Shown here: in pieces, positions 56,137 through 64,000 of the stretch | Position numbering within the stretch: position 1 is the first letter of the stretch | Layout: every line of letters begins with the position of its first letter | Sequence record: NC_052655.1 | Length of the DNA stretch: 64,000 bases | DNA from: Escherichia phage alia | Strand: one strand, 5' to 3' | Made by a program: the position numbers and the translations under genes | The notes under the pieces: model-generated | Told to the model about the DNA's origin: nothing | The model's database searches: none | What the model saw: only the letters and a program-made list of their open reading frames with translations

Positions 56137-56162
56137 GGGCGCTTATTGCGCCCTTTCTTTTT
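56137..56162 (+). terminator. intrinsic terminator (GGGCGC-ttatt-GCGCCC-TTTCTTTTT)
   Basis: Third copy of the GGGCGC/GCGCCC stem; closes the cassette region. Confidence 0.65.
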
Positions 56163-56364
56163 ACCTAAATAAAGATGATAGCTTTTACCTATCAAAAACG
56201 TTCACCGAAAAAAGTGAATAGATCGCGGTATCGAGCTAATCAAGGAGCAGATGAACAACCATACCATGAAGATCATAAGGCGCTTACAGCGTGTTTTAGA
56301 CCGCTTATTTTTAATTTCTTCATGTAACTATCTGGCAAAAACAGCCTTTTTCTTGTCTTTCCTC

Positions 56365-56445
56365 TTAAATGATAATCATTCTTATTTATAGCTGATTATT
56401 TATGCAATAAACTGCATAATGCAATAATGATAATCATTCTTAACT
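56365..56445. promoter_or_regulatory. Fur-box-like repeats
   Basis: Two copies of 'AATGATAATCATTCTTA' separated by about 40 nt. Confidence 0.4.
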
Positions 56446-56819
56446 TAAGACCATCTAACTTATAAAATAATAAGTTATCTAACTAAATTAAAGCTAATTA
56501 TCTTACTTTTATTTATAACATACTGTTACTATCTTATTGATAACCTTATATTAAACAACAATAATCAATGTAAATCATTACTAAGCTAACTATAATCTAT
56601 CTAACCCTTAAAACTACAATTATAATCTATCAAATTGTTGCACAAAGTAACTATTAAATTGTTAGTAACATTGCTAAATAATTAATATCCTATCTATTTA
56701 TGATCTAATCTTTACCTCCCTATCTATTACCTAAATAACCATTTCATGTGGTAATCATTTCATACAATAACTATAACAAGAAATATAATTCGCAAGCGTA
56801 TCATTAGCAGCCTATGCCG

Positions 56820-56985
56820 GACACATAGGCGGCTAATAATAACGCAACTACACACCCCACATAATAACCATCACCGATAGTTATTATTTGTGCTTATGTA
56901 GCTTGCAACAATTGCAAGCGCAACAATATACATGGTATATTGTATCCCTTACATTGTTGCGGTGCGTTATTATTAGCTAATGTTT
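56820..56985. repeat. inverted repeats around a TTGCAA-caa-TTGCAA palindrome
   Basis: 'GCTAATAATAACGCA' with its reverse complement 'GCGTTATTATTAGC' about 130 nt away; central 'GCTTGCAA-caa-TTGCAAGC'; hairpin 'GCCTATG-ccggaca-CATAGGC'. Confidence 0.5.
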
Positions 56986-57282
56986 AGAACATTGGCTATA
57001 ATATAAGCTAAGTAATAAGCTAGTCAATAATAAACATAATGAATAATGACATTAATGATCATAATGCGCCACCCTCCAGGGGGCGCTATGTGAACACAAA
57101 GAAATCATTCTTGTCAAGAAAAATATCACCCTATTGCGCAAAATTATTTATATCTGAATAGATGATTTTTCATACTATTGCCCCCTATAACATACCTCAT
57201 TTGTTGAGCCTACTTTCTTAAAAGCGCAATAAAGTAGAATTATCTTGATTTTTAGTCGGTTTTATAGTACAGAAAGTATGCA

Positions 57283-57298
57283 AATGATAATCATTATC
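57283..57298. promoter_or_regulatory. near-consensus Fur box
   Basis: 'AATGATAATCATTATC' matches 16 of 19 positions of GATAATGATAATCATTATC. Confidence 0.45.
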
Positions 57299-57462
57299 AG
57301 CTATCCTCCAGGGTGGCACTATTTCACGCCAGATCATTTCATTTGGCAAGGTGTATATAGATGTTTAGAAATGCCAAGCCATTGATTTACTTAGAATTTA
57401 TCTGTTTTGTTGTGAGTAGTACCTTTCTTGCTTAGAAAATAATCAAAAGTCTTATAAGTCAT

Positions 57463-57498
57463 TGAATGATAATGCAAATGATAATTATTCTCATTGAT
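57463..57498. promoter_or_regulatory. Fur-box-like hexamer array
   Basis: 'TGAATGATAATGCAAATGATAATTATTCTCATTGAT'. Confidence 0.4.
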
Positions 57499-57940
57499 AT
57501 TTGAGGGGGACGGTCGGCAGAAATCGGGGGGCGCTGAAAATCGCGTTAAGCACCTCTCGCAAGCGAGCAGTATTTTGCGGCAAGTTATTGATATTATTGA
57601 CTTTACGCTTATGAAAAGGGGTGTGTCGAAATAAATCGGGTATACCGGAAAATTTTTTGTGGCATAGATATTTATTTGTCTATATTATGTACAAAGGGGT
57701 GTGTTAAAAATAATAGGTATATATAGAATAATTGATAGGGAAATCCTATACTAAATCCTTCATTAATGATGTTCCTATGTTGCTGTTCTTGTAACAGATG
57801 AAAAGACGCTGTATGATGTGTAGCATGAGACGTAAATTTATAAGATGCAAATAATGCTTGCATTGAATAGAAATGTCTGTACACTGTGTTCCATAAGATA
57901 TGCAATATCGCGCATAACAAACTACTAATGAGAGGTGTAA

Positions 57941-58258
57941 ATGAGAACCTTAGCTTTGTATATTGATCCTCACTCCATTCGAGAAATGCGAGATGTACAA
58001 CAGGATTATGAATTCTACCCAGAAATTTGTGAACGCTATGAAACTATTCTTAGTTCTGTAGAAGATCCAGATACTAGTGAAACAGGTGCTTCCCACTTAC
58101 TGTGGATGTTGAATGAAATTCAGGATGGGTGTAATGATATGTCTGAAACCAAACGCCATCGTTGGCTAGGCTATATTCAGGGTGTTATGGTTATGAAAAA
58201 CCTTATTACAGTGAACGATGAACGTAACGCTACACGCCCCGTCTTTAATGGAGCATAA
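57941..58258 (+). CDS. hypothetical protein (first gene of a coupled operon)
   Basis: 105 aa; GAGAGG RBS. Confidence 0.5.
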   Translation: MRTLALYIDPHSIREMRDVQQDYEFYPEICERYETILSSVEDPDTSETGASHLLWMLNEIQDGCNDMSETKRHRWLGYIQGVMVMKNLITVNDERNATRPVFNGA

Positions 58259-58259
58259 C

Positions 58260-58475
58260 ATGAAAAGCATTCAGGTGTGTATTGAAAATAATTGTGGTTA
58301 TCTGGGATTGACACACGTTGCTTTCCCTCTTATGTTAAATGCCGATATCGCTTACAGCGGAGTTGCTTATGTGTCATTCAAGACAATGAGCCAAGTACCT
58401 GGCTGGAAGTGGGAAGTAGTTGATGTTGTTGAAGGAGAAGACTATGTTTTCCTTCCACACGAATATACTGTTTAA
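58260..58475 (+). CDS. hypothetical protein
   Basis: Start 'MKSIQVC' two nt after the upstream stop (track start 58218). Confidence 0.45.
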   Translation: MKSIQVCIENNCGYLGLTHVAFPLMLNADIAYSGVAYVSFKTMSQVPGWKWEVVDVVEGEDYVFLPHEYTV

Positions 58476-58490
58476 AGAGAGGAAAAGCAG

Positions 58491-58673
58491 ATGGATAAAC
58501 AAACTACTGTGTACTTAGTAACAAAGAATACCCTAGACTGGAACCAATGCAGCACTGTCCCTTACAAGATCTGTGCAACATTAGAACTAGCACAACGCGC
58601 AGAAGCAGAAGTGGATGCCATGCAAATGCAACACAGCTATGGTGAGATCATTCCTCTTACTCTTGAACAATAA
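58491..58673 (+). CDS. hypothetical protein
   Basis: 60 aa. Confidence 0.45.
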   Translation: MDKQTTVYLVTKNTLDWNQCSTVPYKICATLELAQRAEAEVDAMQMQHSYGEIIPLTLEQ

Positions 58674-58684
58674 GGATTTGTGTA

Positions 58685-59137
58685 ATGTTTGAAATTGGTA
58701 AAGTGTATCGTTTTAAGAACCCATCTTATATCCGTAAGTTTGCTAACATGTCTGAGTGCAATAGCAGGATTGCTTCTTTTTTAGGTGATTCCTATTTTCG
58801 TGTATTAGATGTGGATGATTGGTATGGTGTCACTGCTTTGCAATCCTTAGCAGGAGAACAAGAAATTATCGCTCAAAATGAAGGAGACTTTCTTCAGTGT
58901 TACACGTTGCTTGCAAAAAGTGAGTTTGAGTATTTTGTAGAAGTCTTAGAGGAAGCACCAAAAAGTAAACACGAAGAGAAATACCTGCTTGTAGTGGATG
59001 GAGTTCCGATCATGGAAACCATCTCCCGTGAGGAAGTTGAAAAAGAGGCGAAACGTTACAAGCTGGATCGTACACAGAGTGTAGTTGAAATCTATTCTCT
59101 TATTGGTGTTGCAGATATTAGTGTGAACATCGTATAA
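58685..59137 (+). CDS. hypothetical protein
   Basis: 150 aa. Confidence 0.5.
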   Translation: MFEIGKVYRFKNPSYIRKFANMSECNSRIASFLGDSYFRVLDVDDWYGVTALQSLAGEQEIIAQNEGDFLQCYTLLAKSEFEYFVEVLEEAPKSKHEEKYLLVVDGVPIMETISREEVEKEAKRYKLDRTQSVVEIYSLIGVADISVNIV

Positions 59138-59140
59138 TAT

Positions 59141-59353
59141 ATGTGTAATGACAGATACATTCTTCGTGTATCTGATAAGTCTCCTATGTTTGACTGGCGG
59201 GGCTGGTGGCTACTAGCTCCGATGCAAGGTCTGACAGACGTGGAAAAGGAGGCTTATGTGTATACAAAAGAAGAGATAGAAGATAGTCTTTATTTGACAG
59301 ATAACATTAAGAATGGTATCTTTGAGTGTAAATTGAAAGGAGAGGAAGAATGA
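59141..59353 (+). CDS. hypothetical protein
   Basis: 70 aa. Confidence 0.45.
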   Translation: MCNDRYILRVSDKSPMFDWRGWWLLAPMQGLTDVEKEAYVYTKEEIEDSLYLTDNIKNGIFECKLKGEEE

Positions 59354-59649
59354 CTGTTACAGAAAAACTGCGTTGTATTGCAAAGCAAAGTGGAGAAGGC
59401 TTATGGTTTCCTATTGATGAAGTTATTCAGGACTGTTATGATCAGGCTAAGACTGGCAAATATTCCAAAGCATTTAAACCATCTGTTTTCGGTTTGGATG
59501 ACTATCCGACAAATGAACAAGCAAAGAAACGCCAAGTTGATTTGATTGATCTTGCTATGGAAGCACTACGAGAGCGTGGACTTAGTAAGGTGTATGCTTT
59601 AAACACCAAAGAGGGTTTTGTAGATTCAGTGATCGTAGACTGGTATTAA
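59350..59649 (+). CDS. hypothetical protein
   Basis: 99 aa; ATGA overlap. Confidence 0.5.
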   Translation: MTVTEKLRCIAKQSGEGLWFPIDEVIQDCYDQAKTGKYSKAFKPSVFGLDDYPTNEQAKKRQVDLIDLAMEALRERGLSKVYALNTKEGFVDSVIVDWY

Positions 59650-59658
59650 GGAGAAGTC

Positions 59659-60027
59659 ATGCAAGAAAATAATAAAGTGTGTAACATGAAAAGCAGCCCC
59701 TATTTGCTACAATTTTATGAGTGGTGGTTAGAACAAGAAGATACAAACTTTAGCAAAAAGCATTATGGTCTTTGCACGTGTCTTGTAGACTTCTTATACA
59801 ATATTGCTTGGATAAAAGATGTTGAGAGTGTATCAAAGCTCCAATCCTCTGTACGAGAGGAAATGAAGGAACAATTTAAGAAAGCGGGTTTGAACCATTT
59901 ACATCCGTTTAATACGGATTTCTCGCACTACTTTACGGAAACAGAGCTAGGCATTGCACACCTTAATAAAGAACGTGTACAATGGGTGATTGATCGTATT
60001 CGTGATATGGAGGAATACAATGGTTAA
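59659..60027 (+). CDS. hypothetical protein, paralog of 60937-61521
   Basis: Shares 'LLQFYEWWL', 'HPFN' and 'HLNKERVQWV' with the later ORF. Confidence 0.5.
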   Translation: MQENNKVCNMKSSPYLLQFYEWWLEQEDTNFSKKHYGLCTCLVDFLYNIAWIKDVESVSKLQSSVREEMKEQFKKAGLNHLHPFNTDFSHYFTETELGIAHLNKERVQWVIDRIRDMEEYNG

Positions 60028-60229
60028 GTTTAAAACTTTCTGTGCAATCACTGTTTGTCTTATTCTTGCATACGTGTTATTCTCTGGTATCGTTCGTTTA
60101 GGTGAGTATATGGCAAGAGAAGCTCGTGAAAGTGCAGCTAAAAAAGAACAGTGTATTGTGTTCAAGCATCAAAGAGATGCTGAAAAATTTCTTGAACAGG
60201 ATTGTGGGCGCTATGTGAATTATAATTAG
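60020..60229 (+). CDS. hypothetical membrane-anchored protein
   Basis: Start 'MVKFKTFCAITVCLILAYVLF' (track start 59990). Confidence 0.45.
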   Translation: MVKFKTFCAITVCLILAYVLFSGIVRLGEYMAREARESAAKKEQCIVFKHQRDAEKFLEQDCGRYVNYN

Positions 60230-60238
60230 GAGGGAGAT

Positions 60239-60487
60239 ATGTTAGATATTTTTACCTTTGATCGTGTTGGTACACCGATTACCGAAGAAGAACGTACCAA
60301 AATTGAACAAGAATTGGATGCTTTACGTGCGTCTCTTACAGACACAGCCTCACTACAACGTGAAGCTGCACATCTCACAGAGATCACTGGTATTCAGTGG
60401 AGCACGGAGTGGGTTGTAATTACAATTGAAGCGGATATTTGGGGACATGAAGAGACGCTACGTACCGGAGTAGTAACGATTTGGTGA
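60239..60487 (+). CDS. hypothetical protein
   Basis: 82 aa; GGAGGGAG RBS. Confidence 0.5.
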   Translation: MLDIFTFDRVGTPITEEERTKIEQELDALRASLTDTASLQREAAHLTEITGIQWSTEWVVITIEADIWGHEETLRTGVVTIW

Positions 60488-60533
60488 TAGATGTTATTCT
60501 TTTGTGTTTCTTGATATATAAATAGGAGGACTT

Positions 60534-60758
60534 ATGGTAAAACGTTTGGAATGGGATGCGTGTACTGCTCACGCTTGTCACTGCGATATTGTTGAAGATC
60601 CTAATGGAGAGATGGTGTATTATGAGGATTACGAAGCATTGCACAATGCTGTGATTGCTTTACTGGATGACATTAGCTCACGCTATCCAGGACAACAGTT
60701 TACGTGTCCACATATCCAACTATTAGCCAAACTTACGGAGTATCCAAGTGTTCCATAA
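60534..60758 (+). CDS. hypothetical protein
   Basis: 74 aa; GGAGGA RBS. Confidence 0.5.
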   Translation: MVKRLEWDACTAHACHCDIVEDPNGEMVYYEDYEALHNAVIALLDDISSRYPGQQFTCPHIQLLAKLTEYPSVP

Positions 60759-60759
60759 T

Positions 60760-60927
60760 ATGGGTGTCCCTGAACAACTGCTCTTTATTGTAGGATTAGT
60801 AGGCTTATTGGCGGCTGGCGCTAAAGCCGCTTCTCACACGCATCACATAATGTTAAGATTTCTATTCCTGCTCCCTTCTATCCTCGTACTACTAGTCATA
60901 CTGATCGATAACATTTTTCACAATTAA
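60760..60927 (+). CDS. hypothetical small membrane protein
   Basis: 55-aa hydrophobic ORF between track ORFs. Confidence 0.35.
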   Translation: MGVPEQLLFIVGLVGLLAAGAKAASHTHHIMLRFLFLLPSILVLLVILIDNIFHN

Positions 60928-60936
60928 GGAGAGGCT

Positions 60937-61521
60937 ATGAGTAAAATTATACCAAGCAGTTATGAATTATTGCAGTTTTATGTATATTACTTAGACTGGG
61001 TTAATAGATCGAATGTTAAAGACAATGCGATGTTTAGTAAAAACATCTGTTTAACAGAAAGTATCTTCCGTTATTGGCACACAGGCAGAAAGTGTACACA
61101 CAGTGAAGCTATGCGTATTGTAGGTGAATACCTGGAGCAATTGCAAAAAGCAGAACTTCCTGTCCTTCACCCATTCAATGAATCTAAAGAAGAATTAGAA
61201 CAAGAGTGTAGAGAAGGTAAGTGCCATTTGAATGAAAAACGTATCGAATGGGTGAGGCAACGTTTAGCCGATGCAGGAAAGACTCCTAGTGACTCTGACT
61301 ATACGTGGTATGATGTAGAGGGTTTAGTTCAAGGTTTTGAGGCTTGTGCTATAGATAATACAAACTTTGCCAAAGTTTTATGCGAGGCGTATGACCTGGC
61401 AGATAAAATCCGAAATCACGGATGGAAACAAGAGCATAAAGAATCATATGAACGCCTTGACAAGATTTTCAAACAGATCTATTCTAACCACAAGAAGATG
61501 TTCCAAATGGAGGATGTGTAA
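60937..61521 (+). CDS. hypothetical protein, paralog of 59659-60027
   Basis: 'LLQFYVYYL', 'HPFN', 'HLNEKRIEWV'; 194 aa. Confidence 0.5.
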   Translation: MSKIIPSSYELLQFYVYYLDWVNRSNVKDNAMFSKNICLTESIFRYWHTGRKCTHSEAMRIVGEYLEQLQKAELPVLHPFNESKEELEQECREGKCHLNEKRIEWVRQRLADAGKTPSDSDYTWYDVEGLVQGFEACAIDNTNFAKVLCEAYDLADKIRNHGWKQEHKESYERLDKIFKQIYSNHKKMFQMEDV

Positions 61522-61587
61522 TGAAAGAGATTATGTTTGAAGGGCATCGCATTGAATTGCTAAAACACGTTAAATAAGGAGAGTAAT

Positions 61588-61992
61588 ATGTGGTCTGTTA
61601 AAATCAAATATAATGCGCAGTATTATGGTGGAAAGCCTTACGAAGTTGTTATTTGTGACTGTATCTCTAAAGAAGTTGCACAGCTTTGTGGTGCTGGTGT
61701 TAGTGAAGCTATGAACAAAATGCATAACTCGACTGTGCGTTACCTGGATCAAGATATTCCAGAAGATGTAAATGACTATGCTTACGAAGTTATTTACAGT
61801 GAAGGTAAGAAGCTCTCTATTGAAGATGCACTTAAAGCACTACCTGTTATGTGCAGCCCAACACCAGAAGCAGTTAAAGAGATTTTACCAGAATCCAACC
61901 CCGATGAATATGCTTCTATGGTTGCTTCAGATATGTGGAATCTCTGTCGAGAAACTATGATTAAAAATCTTGTGGAAATGGCGCATGAGTAA
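61588..61992 (+). CDS. hypothetical protein
   Basis: 134 aa; GGAGAG RBS. Confidence 0.5.
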   Translation: MWSVKIKYNAQYYGGKPYEVVICDCISKEVAQLCGAGVSEAMNKMHNSTVRYLDQDIPEDVNDYAYEVIYSEGKKLSIEDALKALPVMCSPTPEAVKEILPESNPDEYASMVASDMWNLCRETMIKNLVEMAHE

Positions 61993-62203
61993 AACACACT
62001 TTATACATCCGTTTGATCCAAAGAACAAGGCGGTTATACACCGCCGTTGGACTGAAACGCGCATTACAAAATGTCCTGTGCCAGCAGCACAGGAATATAA
62101 CAAAACATATAAAGCAGAATTTGTGGAGTACACCTTTGTAAATAACAAAGGGAAGGAGGTTTATGTTCCAGAATACTGCCTTTGGATAAAATGGGAGGAA
62201 TAA
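61985..62203 (+). CDS. hypothetical protein
   Basis: Start 'MSKTHFIHPF' overlapping the upstream stop. Confidence 0.45.
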   Translation: MSKTHFIHPFDPKNKAVIHRRWTETRITKCPVPAAQEYNKTYKAEFVEYTFVNNKGKEVYVPEYCLWIKWEE

Positions 62204-62370
62204 TGCAAACATTTTTTATCGACAAGTTCAATAAAAGTATGAACACGTGGATGGCAACATTCACTATGCAATTTGCGTCATTTAAAGAAGCTCAAGAATG
62301 GTGCGATCAACACAAGGATTTTGATTTTTACTATCAAGTTAATGCAAACCTTTCTCCAGAGGAGAAATAA
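62203..62370 (+). CDS. hypothetical protein
   Basis: Start 'MQTFFIDK' with a GGGAGGAA RBS. Confidence 0.45.
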   Translation: MQTFFIDKFNKSMNTWMATFTMQFASFKEAQEWCDQHKDFDFYYQVNANLSPEEK

Positions 62371-62371
62371 T

Positions 62372-62716
62372 ATGTTAGCTGATATTGAAATCCTTATGTA
62401 CCGACAAGGTATGATCAAAATGTGGCTAGATTCTTTTAGCAACATATACTGCACAGTACGATCAGCAGACGAGCGTAAAACGCTTATTTTATCTGCTATT
62501 GTTGATAAACAACGTTTCTTCAAAGAAATTTTGCAAACAGGCTTCTCCGATGCAGGAGTAGAGATTGCAACGCTTAGTCTTGGAGTGCTGTCTTACTTGG
62601 AATCCGTTGTTTTATATGTCTTCTCTTTAGAAGAACACTTGCAATTTGAAGCATTAAAACTTATCTTAGATGCTGCAATTGACATAGAACAAAATCGAAT
62701 TGATTCTTTTGAATAA
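62372..62716 (+). CDS. hypothetical protein
   Basis: Start 'MLADIEIL' with a GGAGAGGAGAAA RBS. Confidence 0.45.
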   Translation: MLADIEILMYRQGMIKMWLDSFSNIYCTVRSADERKTLILSAIVDKQRFFKEILQTGFSDAGVEIATLSLGVLSYLESVVLYVFSLEEHLQFEALKLILDAAIDIEQNRIDSFE

Positions 62717-62732
62717 AAATAAGGAGGAAACT

Positions 62733-63191
62733 ATGCAAGAGGTTAAACATTATCCACATGGTCGTAGTTTTGTAGCTGTATGGCATGTTCCTGCTCGTAA
62801 TGAACTATTTTGTGCATCTTTTCATTACAAAGATGGACAATATTTCACCTATGACGAAACGATGGATGATTTTATCCCAGAGTGCGATCATGGGTATACA
62901 CCAATGTTCTTTAAACGTATGAAAGCTCGTTTCTTCGTTACAGATGTTGATGGTGAACCTACTTGGCACATCGAAGAAGATTGGCAAGATTCTGTGGATA
63001 TTAAAGAAGCCCCAGAATGGGCTACATTACTGGTACACGTCAAAACCCCTACTCTTGACGTTATGGCGTGGGTTAATCATGATGATACCCATTACCAATA
63101 CATAAATGGTAGCACAGAGATTTCTGGTGAGATTATTGGTCGTTGGAAGCCTACGAATCAGGTTGCTATTGTCGGGTATAAGACAGTATAA
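62733..63191 (+). CDS. hypothetical protein
   Basis: Start 'MQEVKHYP' with an AAGGAGGAAA RBS. Confidence 0.5.
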   Translation: MQEVKHYPHGRSFVAVWHVPARNELFCASFHYKDGQYFTYDETMDDFIPECDHGYTPMFFKRMKARFFVTDVDGEPTWHIEEDWQDSVDIKEAPEWATLLVHVKTPTLDVMAWVNHDDTHYQYINGSTEISGEIIGRWKPTNQVAIVGYKTV

Positions 63192-63192
63192 T

Positions 63193-63387
63193 ATGAAAAA
63201 TAATGTAGATTGGGATGATTTATCCGATTTTGAAAAATGGTTCTTAGGTAGTGGTTGTTATGCAGACGGGGATCTCGAAAGAGATCCTTCTGGAAACTAC
63301 ACTATGCCATTAACCCAAGGTTTTTATGAGTGCTGGTGCGCAGCACAAAACAACGTACTGAATAAGGAGACAACACAATGCAATTAA
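63193..63387 (+). CDS. hypothetical protein
   Basis: Start 'MKNNVDWDD' (track start 63106). Confidence 0.45.
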   Translation: MKNNVDWDDLSDFEKWFLGSGCYADGDLERDPSGNYTMPLTQGFYECWCAAQNNVLNKETTQCN

Positions 63388-63617
63388 ACATCGGACAACC
63401 AATTTTTGATGCAGATACTGGTCAATATGCAGTGATTGTTGCTCGTATGAGCGGTGATGACCTTATTGTTTCAGAACTACTCGGATCAGATCCGCAACTG
63501 CGCGTAGTATGTGACCTATATCTTCGAGACGAAAGTGATCGCATTGCACTGAAAGAAGATGGTATGCTCTACTACACCTGGACTAGAGATCCTGGAGTAA
63601 CGGAGGTAGAGGTATAA
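63378..63617 (+). CDS. hypothetical protein
   Basis: 79 aa; AAGGAGA RBS. Confidence 0.5.
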   Translation: MQLNIGQPIFDADTGQYAVIVARMSGDDLIVSELLGSDPQLRVVCDLYLRDESDRIALKEDGMLYYTWTRDPGVTEVEV

Positions 63618-63916
63618 TGGTAAGGAATAGGGGTTTACATAAAAGAAGACACCTTACTTACTGGCATCGTAAAGTACATGAACCTGTATCAAAGAAAGAA
63701 TGGCAATATCTGCCTTATGGGAAGGAGCGAAGAAAGTATTTGTTAGCTCATTTAAGGGTACATGGTTCTCTTCCTGTTAACAGTAAGTGGCAATTGCAAA
63801 CAGCTTATGACGAAGATATGAAATATCTGTTAAAGAGAGGCATTATTTGCCTTGTTAAGATCGGACGATGGAAATCTCGTCAATCTTATATCGTACTTAA
63901 ACAGGAGAAACGATGA
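63617..63916 (+). CDS. hypothetical basic protein
   Basis: 99 aa; start overlaps the upstream stop. Confidence 0.5.
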   Translation: MVRNRGLHKRRHLTYWHRKVHEPVSKKEWQYLPYGKERRKYLLAHLRVHGSLPVNSKWQLQTAYDEDMKYLLKRGIICLVKIGRWKSRQSYIVLKQEKR

Positions 63917-64000
63917 ATATCAAAGATGTTGTAGCATACGTAGAAGATGAAGTTAAAAACCATACAAGTTTACTGAAAGTAATGGTTGTGGTTAAAGATG
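63913..64000 (+). CDS. hypothetical protein, 3' end outside window
   Basis: ATG overlaps the preceding stop; frame stays open to the window edge. Confidence 0.35.
   Translation, partial: MNIKDVVAYVEDEVKNHTSLLKVMVVVKD

Noticed and set aside
57672-57920. Minus-strand ORF of 82 aa in the AT-rich intergenic region
   Set aside because: No RBS, low-complexity composition, and it lies in a repeat-rich non-coding region; ORF 55097-55297 was rejected for the same reasons.
1-64000. Prophage, integrase or attachment sites
   Set aside because: No integrase or recombinase motif was recognised, and the gene content is typical of a virulent phage.

Overview
This window reads as a segment of a large virulent dsDNA phage genome (AT-rich, densely packed, strong Shine-Dalgarno sites, E. 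coli-type sigma70 promoters); no integrase, rRNA, tRNA or CRISPR was recognised. Layout: (1) 1-2566, the 3' part of a tail fiber/receptor-binding gene on +; (2) 2602-40036, a long minus-strand block with a DNA methyltransferase, SSB-like protein, family A DNA polymerase, T7 gp4-like primase-helicase, four putative glycosyltransferases, a SleB-like wall hydrolase, NrdD/NrdG, a UvrD-like helicase and many small unknown genes; (3) embedded in that block, 16.7-27.6 kb, a Ter-like cluster (TerD, vWA protein, TelA-like, TerC) next to a macro-domain protein, a phosphoribosyltransferase, a HAD hydrolase and a P-loop ATPase, which I consider the most interesting candidate system; (4) from 40.1 kb a plus-strand block with a paralogous ATPase, a Zn-ribbon repeat protein and a NADAR/YbiA-like protein; (5) 44.8-46.2 kb, an ORF-poor region with tandem repeats, Fur-box-like palindromes and a GC-rich island; (6) 46.2-56.2 kb, about 26 small genes each preceded by a sigma70-like promoter and a conserved GC-rich 5' stem-loop; (7) 56.2-57.9 kb, an ORF-free AT-rich region with repeats; (8) 57.9-64 kb, a tightly coupled operon of small genes. 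All functional calls rest on motifs read by eye, not on database searches; CDS coordinates come from the supplied ORF track with starts moved to the first Met that has a Shine-Dalgarno site, and non-CDS coordinates are approximate to within 1-2 nt.
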